64,000 bases of DNA, taken from a virus. Lineage: Duplodnaviria; Caudoviricetes. The position numbers were made by a program, and so were the translations under genes. Every line of letters begins with the position of its first letter. Position 1 is the first letter of the stretch. The notes beneath the pieces are model-generated. The model saw nothing but the letters and a program-made list of their open reading frames with translations, was not told the origin of the DNA and did not search any database. The stretch is from IMG/VR virus record IMGVR_UViG_3300008259_002957; one strand, written 5' to 3'. Below are positions 57,807-64,000 of the stretch, in pieces.

Positions 57807-59390
57807 TCAAAAACTACTGCTTATAAAGATCGGCATTGGCATTTCATAGTCGTCTTCGGTTTCGATTTGGACAAATGTATTATATATTGTTGGGTCCCAA
57901 TCTTTGATAATTGTAATCATTCTTAAAGACAACATCATTGCACTTACAAGATCGTCTGTTTGTCCTTGCTTGGCTTGAAAACTACTGCCTGTGGCAATAA
58001 AGTTTTTAAGTTCGGAGATAAGAGGTTTACTTCTAACCAACAGTTGATCGTTTTCAATCATTGTTTTTAATCTAGCACATACAGTTACTTTTGAACTATG
58101 TGTTGTGTTAAAGCCTTTTCTAAACTTTCTAACATGACCTTTTCTTATTGGCTCGCTAATAAAAAGCCCAGGAATATTTTCTTCACCAAAGTCGTTGATA
58201 ACAATTAGCGCGGCTTCTCCTAGTCCGTTGTTTTCTACACTCCAGTATATGTTAGAACCTCCGGATTTTGTTTCGTCAGCAATATATTGACAAATATCTT
58301 TTAGCACTCTAATTTGGCCAGGAATTGCAGTGGTGTTATGTTGCCATTCTGCAACTTGTTCGTAGGTCGGTAATTCGATAACCTGTATTGCTGCGTAGTT
58401 TCCGCCGGTACCCATAGCAGGGTCTAATGCTACAACATAACTGTATTTTGGATTAGGTTTTTTATACCAACGAGTTTGCCCCATGTTTATTATAGGACTA
58501 ACGCCCTCCATTTCAGCAAGTTTAATACTGTTAACTAGTGTTTCGTCATAGATTAAGAATTCACAGCCATATTCACGACGAAACTTTTCTTCACCGATAC
58601 GACCAAGTTCGGCTTTTTTCCATTCTTCGTCGCGGTCTGGATGTTCGTCCCAGTATGCTCTAAATGCATGAAATCCGTTTACACCTACTTCACTTTCGTT
58701 GCCATATTCGTCAAATTTTAGTTCTGCTTGTTTCCAAATTGTAGCAAATGTATCTTCGTCGCTGTTTGGTGTACTAGTGATAATTGCTCGGCCACCTGTT
58801 GCAAGTGTAGGCGAAATTGAGGTCCAAAACTCTTCTGCAATGTTGGGCTGCACGAACGCAAATTCGTCACAGTATAGCAATGAAATACTCATACCACGTC
58901 CTGTGTTACCAGTAGTTGTTTGGCTTACAATACGTGACCCGTTTTCAAATTCAATAAAGCCTTTGGCATAACCAGTTGCACCTGCACGAATGTGATCCGG
59001 ACAAGTTTCGTAAACATAACGAACACGTTGCATGATTTCTTGTGCGCCGGTATATTTGTGTGCTGCAATAAGAATGGTTTGATCTGGGTGAAACATTGCA
59101 TACCAGCAAAGATAAATTGCAGCACAAGTTGTTTTTCCTGTTTGTCGAGGCATCATGTTAATGTTAAAACGAAAACTATGATAACTGTGCAATAATCTTA
59201 ACTGATATTCATAAGGTTCAAACAGCAACTTACCTTTAACAGGATGCTGAATGTAAGCAAAGTGTTTTGCAAAGTGCAAATAACCTTCTTCAGGATCCAT
59301 ACATTTGAGTAAATCCTCAATTTGATTTTCTGTATATGTTTCTTTTTGGTTGGCCTTCTTAACTAAGACCCCGTCTAAACTTTTTCCCAT
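57807..59390 (-). CDS. Terminase large subunit (T4 gp17-like)
   Basis: PRQTGKTT, LYCDEFAF, ITSTPN, FRREYGC, ALDPAMG, DDLVSA. Confidence 0.95.
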   Translation of the reverse strand: MGKSLDGVLVKKANQKETYTENQIEDLLKCMDPEEGYLHFAKHFAYIQHPVKGKLLFEPYEYQLRLLHSYHSFRFNINMMPRQTGKTTCAAIYLCWYAMFHPDQTILIAAHKYTGAQEIMQRVRYVYETCPDHIRAGATGYAKGFIEFENGSRIVSQTTTGNTGRGMSISLLYCDEFAFVQPNIAEEFWTSISPTLATGGRAIITSTPNSDEDTFATIWKQAELKFDEYGNESEVGVNGFHAFRAYWDEHPDRDEEWKKAELGRIGEEKFRREYGCEFLIYDETLVNSIKLAEMEGVSPIINMGQTRWYKKPNPKYSYVVALDPAMGTGGNYAAIQVIELPTYEQVAEWQHNTTAIPGQIRVLKDICQYIADETKSGGSNIYWSVENNGLGEAALIVINDFGEENIPGLFISEPIRKGHVRKFRKGFNTTHSSKVTVCARLKTMIENDQLLVRSKPLISELKNFIATGSSFQAKQGQTDDLVSAMMLSLRMITIIKDWDPTIYNTFVQIETEDDYEMPMPIFISSSF

Positions 59391-59405
59391 AAAATATTTA
59401 GCAAT

Positions 59406-59431
59406 AAAAAAAGCGCCTCTTGGCGCTTTTT
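59406..59431. terminator. Bidirectional Rho-independent terminator
   Basis: AAAAAAAGCGCC-TCTT-GGCGCTTTTT. Confidence 0.8.
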
Positions 59432-59432
59432 G

Positions 59433-60239
59433 TTACTTTTTAAATGGTGCTTTTTTCTTATCAGCAACAGCCTTTTTCATCGGCTCTTTTTTGTTGCCAT
59501 CTTTGTCCATATCAAGGAAGTCTGGTTTTGCTGCTTCGTTGGCTTTGGAACGTGCTTCACTGTCTTTCTTCATATCGCGTATTTTTTTATCATAGGCTAG
59601 ATCGAGACCGCTATCTCTCTTTTTTACAGTTTTTTTGTCTCCACTGTCTAGGGCTTTATCAAGGCTGGCATTTGCTGCCTTAGTATACGATTGTCTAGTT
59701 TTACTTGATACTTCTTTAACAGGTGCTTTCTTCTTGTCAGCAACTGCTTTTTTCATTGGCTCTTTTTTGTTGCCATCTTTGTCCATGTCTAAGAAATCTG
59801 GCTTTGCGTTCTTTTCGTTCAATGCACGATACAAACGATCTTTGATCGATTCAACAGACATTGGGTTATCACCTTTTGCTGCTGGTTTATACATATTCTT
59901 TTCACGATTAATACCGCCGCTCAAATCTTTGGTCATAAACTTATGGTCAGCATATTCTTCGTCTGGCTCGTTGATAAATTCTTCATCAGTTTCGTATTCT
60001 GCTTCCATTGCATCCGCAGCCATTGCCATTGGCATTGCTGCCATTGCAGGTCTTGCTTCACCGGATTCGATGTTTGCCAATGCACGAAGCATCTGTGCCA
60101 TGTCGTGTGCTGTTGGTGCAGATAAGTTTACGCTAACTGGAGTAGACGGTGCAGACGACGGCATAGGACCACACTCAGTTACTTTAGATTTATTCTCGAC
60201 AGCGTCAAGTTTTTTCAAAATGTCTAACATATTGCTCAT
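59433..60239 (-). CDS. Hypothetical late protein with duplicated KPDFLDMDKDGNKKEPMKKAVADKKKAP module
   Basis: Two identical 28-aa segments in the translation. Confidence 0.75.
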   Translation of the reverse strand: MSNMLDILKKLDAVENKSKVTECGPMPSSAPSTPVSVNLSAPTAHDMAQMLRALANIESGEARPAMAAMPMAMAADAMEAEYETDEEFINEPDEEYADHKFMTKDLSGGINREKNMYKPAAKGDNPMSVESIKDRLYRALNEKNAKPDFLDMDKDGNKKEPMKKAVADKKKAPVKEVSSKTRQSYTKAANASLDKALDSGDKKTVKKRDSGLDLAYDKKIRDMKKDSEARSKANEAAKPDFLDMDKDGNKKEPMKKAVADKKKAPFKK

Positions 60240-60784
60240 TTTTTGTTTCCTAATACACTTTTGGAGTTTTGTGGATCATTGTTAGATTCTACTTTGAAGC
60301 CACTTTTTTCACTGCTTTCCTTACGAGCAGTTTCTAATTCTTTTAATAGATCCATTACACGAGTAGTACCTACACTGCCTTGTGCCGAAACACCGCCCAT
60401 ATCCTCTTTGGTTAAAAGAGTTTCATATTCGGTATTTTCTTCTACACTTTGATGTCTTTCTACCGGACTGTCTGGATTTCTAACTATAACATGACTACGT
60501 GGCACGCTGCAAGAATGACCGATGTATTCTTGTAGTATTGCTTCTGTCGTTGGATACACAAGATCTACATCAAAGTATGTAACTTCTGTATTTTCTAAGT
60601 TTGGAAAATCTAGCGGACGTTCTTGTATTGGTGTTTTTTTGCCTGCTGAAAATGTTTCTACACCGAACTTTTCTAACATTGTCTTTAAACGATCATTGAT
60701 GCCTTCTGGAAGTTCTCCAGCAAGCCCTATTTTAAAACTATATGTTTTTTTAGATTCGACTAAAAAATCTTGAAATTTTTTCAT
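60236..60784 (-). CDS. Hypothetical late protein
   Basis: MKKFQDFLVES start typical of T4-like head-associated proteins. Confidence 0.7.
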   Translation of the reverse strand: MKKFQDFLVESKKTYSFKIGLAGELPEGINDRLKTMLEKFGVETFSAGKKTPIQERPLDFPNLENTEVTYFDVDLVYPTTEAILQEYIGHSCSVPRSHVIVRNPDSPVERHQSVEENTEYETLLTKEDMGGVSAQGSVGTTRVMDLLKELETARKESSEKSGFKVESNNDPQNSKSVLGNKK

Positions 60785-60804
60785 TGTTAGGATCCTATTA
60801 TAAC

Positions 60805-61302
60805 TTATTTATCTTTGTTTATTCCTTTAAGGCGTTCTAGCAAACTGTTTCTGTCAGAAACAACATAGCCTTCACCTTCTGTAAAATTGCCATCATTGAT
60901 TGAATCTTTGTCTTGCTTGTCTTTTTTAAGTTGTAATTCAACCATTTTAAGTTTTTTATCTAGTTTTGCAATCTTAGCATTTAAACTGGTTTGCAACATA
61001 GAGTTAGCAACTTCAAAAACTCTGCCGCTGTAACGTGCTTCCACATTCATACCTAGATCCATTAGGTCTTCATATGCTTGCATTGCTTTGTCAGACACCT
61101 CGTTTAGTTCAATATCGGCCATTTGTCCAAGGCCGTCAACTGCGGGAAGTGCAGCCGCAATCTTATCAAACTCAGCAATTTCCCTAAAGGCTTTGTCTTG
61201 TGCTCGTAGAGCGTCGGGGTCTGATTTCTTTTCTTTAACTTTTTCTTCTTTGATCAATTCTTTTGATTCAGGAAGGTTAAGTAAGTCTTCTAATTTTTTC
61301 AT
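60805..61302 (-). CDS. Probable terminase small subunit (gp16-like)
   Basis: Helical protein with RVFEVANSML (cf. PRAYEVA) and C-terminal DRNSLL; close to the large subunit. Confidence 0.55.
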   Translation of the reverse strand: MKKLEDLLNLPESKELIKEEKVKEKKSDPDALRAQDKAFREIAEFDKIAAALPAVDGLGQMADIELNEVSDKAMQAYEDLMDLGMNVEARYSGRVFEVANSMLQTSLNAKIAKLDKKLKMVELQLKKDKQDKDSINDGNFTEGEGYVVSDRNSLLERLKGINKDK

Positions 61303-61331
61303 AATAGTATCCCATTAAGTACTACTATTAT

Positions 61332-61769
61332 TTATCGTCTAGATCCGTTGTGGAATAGATCATTTTCATTTATAATTCTAAAGTTAATGCCATTTTGTCT
61401 GCACCAGGATCTTGCAGCATCCCATTTAATAGAATTGAGTATTGCGTGTGCTTGATTTGTTTTATTTTTTTTGGCTTCTGCTAAACTAGTTTGGTTCATC
61501 GGTTTGACTTCAATCAGTTCAGCCTGTTGTTTACCGTCAGCATCAGTATATGCAATAAAAAAGTCTGGAACATAAATTGTATTTTTTCCAGTAAAAGGAT
61601 TTTTGTAAGGAATCTTAATTGCTTCACTTGCCCATTTGTTAATGCTTGGATTGTTATCACAGAATTGCATAAACGCAAATTCCCAACTACTGCGATATGT
61701 TGGATTTCTTTTACCAACATATTTGTCAGGATTCTTAACAGTGTATTTTCCTTGCGCCCACTTAGCCAT
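61332..61769 (-). CDS. Head completion nuclease (T4 gp4-like, TnsA-type fold)
   Basis: KNPDKYVG, YRSSWE, WASE, YVPDF, IEVKP, KWDAA. Confidence 0.9.
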   Translation of the reverse strand: MAKWAQGKYTVKNPDKYVGKRNPTYRSSWEFAFMQFCDNNPSINKWASEAIKIPYKNPFTGKNTIYVPDFFIAYTDADGKQQAELIEVKPMNQTSLAEAKKNKTNQAHAILNSIKWDAARSWCRQNGINFRIINENDLFHNGSRR

Positions 61770-62137
61770 TAGTATAGTATATTTCTTGCTTCTACTTTGT
61801 CGTAGTTAACTTCTGCTTTGTAACCAAGTTTGCTAAGTTTAGATCTGTTTGCATTTAAGATAGCAGTAACCAAAGTGCTTAGTTTAACTTTGTCAAACCC
61901 TTCTAGAGTATCTAATAAAGAATTAACATTAACTCCGTCAGCCTTTGCCTGTTGTAATAATATAGTAGATACACTAATTGCTGCTAATTCGTCGAATCCT
62001 CTTTTTCTAAAAAAGCCAATCACTGAATCAACTTGACTACTGGAATAAGCAATTTCGCTTGAGAAATATCTATTGAACAACAATCTTGTTGCTTTAGAAC
62101 TATCGTTGTTTTCTTGTATATTTGTAATACTTGACAT
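61769..62137 (-). CDS. Hypothetical protein
   Basis: 122-aa coupled ORF. Confidence 0.65.
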   Translation of the reverse strand: MSSITNIQENNDSSKATRLLFNRYFSSEIAYSSSQVDSVIGFFRKRGFDELAAISVSTILLQQAKADGVNVNSLLDTLEGFDKVKLSTLVTAILNANRSKLSKLGYKAEVNYDKVEARNILY

Positions 62138-62146
62138 TGCTATCTC

Positions 62147-63223
62147 TTAAAATGATTTTCGTTTTGTTTCGGTAACTGCTGTTGACGCAGGTTTTTTAGG
62201 AAACAATAAATTACCTATTGAATTACTTAATACAGATTCAAGTATTCCGCTTGCTTCTTGCTTGACACCTGCTTTAGATAAATTTTGATAATTGTTGAGT
62301 GTGTTTGCACCGTTAATAATTCCAGCAAGTATGTTGCCTTGTGAAAAACTGTCTATGGTATTGTTTAATCCTGCAATAACACCGCCGCGACCAAATATAC
62401 TTGTGGTGCCGCCGCCTATTGTAGATAGAGGACTAGGTGTTTTATCGTAGTGTTCTTGAGCAAAATTTTGTGGAACATTTCCTACTTCAACATAACCTCT
62501 TGAGTATTGTACCGATTCGTATGAAACACTCAATCTATTAATACTAAATTCGGAATTTTCCTGACTTACTGCATCATGCTCAAAGTTGTCAATATACGGA
62601 TTAATCAGTGTAAAACAAGTATAGGATGCTCTTGCATTTCTTGGATGCAATTGATAAATTTGTATGCTATTAAAGAACGTATAACGTTTGTTTGGTTTGT
62701 CTAGGCCAAATCTATATCGCTGTGAATCTGTATTCCAATATATTGGATTTATACCATTAACACCCTTTAAGTATGCAGGAACAGTAGTTGACGGAGTTCC
62801 GTCGGTTTCTCTTCTAGTATAATTACTGTCATTGTAGTAATATCTAAAATAACTTTCCCAGAGTAAAGATGTTAATCCTGCGTTGTCGTCATGAAATTCT
62901 ATAGTTACTGGTTGATATTGCACACCGGTTTGAATAATCTTTTTTCTGTTGTATTGGTTAACTGTTTGTGTTTGCATACGATATTTTGGCAAGTCTGAAC
63001 TTCTTGCTAAAATGTTAATTTCACTTCGGTAAGGATATAACGTATCACTGATTGCATAAGGATTAATATTTAATACAACATGATAGAGATGTTTAAACTT
63101 TGGAGCAAGACGCATGTTGTTGTCAACATAAAGTCTTGCCGCATGTTGGTAGTCTCCTAAGTTGCCTTTAGGATTTTGTACAGAGTTAAAAAAGTTATCA
63201 AAAAAACCGTTGAATATCGACAT
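62147..63223 (-). CDS. Tail-tube-like baseplate/tail initiator protein
   Basis: DLPKY...QYNRK...YQPVTIEFHDD resembles the gp19/gp54 fold; directly downstream of the tail tube gene. Confidence 0.65.
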   Translation of the reverse strand: MSIFNGFFDNFFNSVQNPKGNLGDYQHAARLYVDNNMRLAPKFKHLYHVVLNINPYAISDTLYPYRSEINILARSSDLPKYRMQTQTVNQYNRKKIIQTGVQYQPVTIEFHDDNAGLTSLLWESYFRYYYNDSNYTRRETDGTPSTTVPAYLKGVNGINPIYWNTDSQRYRFGLDKPNKRYTFFNSIQIYQLHPRNARASYTCFTLINPYIDNFEHDAVSQENSEFSINRLSVSYESVQYSRGYVEVGNVPQNFAQEHYDKTPSPLSTIGGGTTSIFGRGGVIAGLNNTIDSFSQGNILAGIINGANTLNNYQNLSKAGVKQEASGILESVLSNSIGNLLFPKKPASTAVTETKRKSF

Positions 63224-63261
63224 ACTGTATTTATCTATTCGATTAAGTGCATAGATAATAG

Positions 63262-63287
63262 AAAAGGAGGAATAATATCCTCCTTTT
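63262..63287 (-). terminator. Terminator after the tail tube gene
   Basis: AAAAGGAGGA-ataata-TCCTCCTTTT. Confidence 0.75.
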
Positions 63288-63310
63288 CATGGCAATCATT
63301 TTATTTGTTA

Positions 63311-63937
63311 TTAGCGGCCAGCGCCAGTTGCGGCAGTGCTTACATTACGTCCGACTGTTGTGCCTAGGCCAGTGCCAGTTGGAGTTTGTACAGCGTTGTC
63401 GTATTGCATAGTTAATGCAATTGTTACTGGTTCGCTTGTTGCATAGTTTAGTGTATTATAGTTTGCTTCACTAATGTAGCAACCATAGCACTCCCAAGTT
63501 TCAAGAACAGTAGGTGTAAATGCACCGTTGCCGCCATCTAGAATTTCGATACGAGTTAAGAACTTGTAGTCAATACCTGATGCAGCACTTGCTTGTTCCA
63601 TGAAATCAAATTGCTTTTGTAGTTGTTCACCAACAAGTTTTTGAACGTTGTTGTTAACATCTTCACGTAAGTTAAGTGTTAGTGGGTTCCAAGTATGCTT
63701 ACCTGCTAGGTTTACTTTTGAGTTGTAAACATGAACTTCCATGTTTTCAAATGTTAAGTTTGGTCTTGTTACATCCATAACCTGCTTTGTAAGTTCAGTT
63801 GTTGGAGTACTGACACCAAAGTTTTCAAGCGTAACACGAAAGCGGTATTGAAGTTTTGGCATTAGCAAACCTTGACTGCTTGCGCTGTCGTTGGTTGCTA
63901 GTGGAACAGTTAGTTTTGTTAATGATGAGATTGCCAT
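63311..63937 (-). CDS. Tail tube protein (T4 gp19-like)
   Basis: PKLQYRFRV, RPNLTFE, AGKHTWNPLTL, LETWECYGC, YDNA; ATAAATA at 63962-63968 (minus). Confidence 0.88.
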   Translation of the reverse strand: MAISSLTKLTVPLATNDSASSQGLLMPKLQYRFRVTLENFGVSTPTTELTKQVMDVTRPNLTFENMEVHVYNSKVNLAGKHTWNPLTLNLREDVNNNVQKLVGEQLQKQFDFMEQASAASGIDYKFLTRIEILDGGNGAFTPTVLETWECYGCYISEANYNTLNYATSEPVTIALTMQYDNAVQTPTGTGLGTTVGRNVSTAATGAGR

Positions 63938-64000
63938 ATATTATTAACTCCTTATTACAAGTATTTATCAATTGTAGGGGGTATCTTTCAACCCCCTATA

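Noticed and set aside
30579-59390. Inteins or introns in helicase, UvsW, UvsX or terminase
   Set aside because: Lengths are normal, motifs are contiguous, and no splice-junction or LAGLIDADG signatures were seen.
52335-64000. UvsX/UvsY/gp32/terminase/tail tube block as novel
   Set aside because: Ordinary T4-like core functions; recorded as features only.

Overview
A 64-kb segment of a large T4-like (myovirus) phage genome, probably from an uncultured aquatic lineage infecting an alphaproteobacterium (inferred from a Shemin-pathway 5-aminolevulinate synthase). No bacterial chromosome, CRISPR array or integrase is present. Layout: (i) 1-7.7 kb, virion/fibre genes with Pro-free collagen-like repeats; (ii) 7.8-13.6 kb, accessory genes (hemA, YbaN, HNH, YqgE/AlgH, Bfd, T5orf172); (iii) 13.6-28.2 kb, an early module of about 35 short ORFs, nearly all with their own copy of a repeated sigma70 promoter/leader, plus three tRNAs, bracketed by two non-coding blocks; (iv) 28.2-55.3 kb, minus-strand replication/recombination genes (gp41, primase, mini-DnaE, UvsW, UvsY, UvsX, gp32) interleaved with a large glycan/Kdo cluster and a preQ0/preQ1 transporter; (v) 55.4-64 kb, terminase, head completion and tail tube genes. 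Three linked observations in the early module stand out. First, an array of about 29 promoter cassettes shares an AUAGGGCAAC...GAGGG(A/C) leader. Second, a terminator-ended, cuckoo-like multi-hairpin RNA (21.70-21.84 kb) displays GCCCUC in four loops, complementary to that leader, and is a candidate master shut-off RNA for the early regulon. Third, a 1.1-kb island (22822-23923) has no TC or CC dinucleotide on the coding strand. All functional interpretations are inferences from reading the sequence by eye; no searches or folding programs were run.
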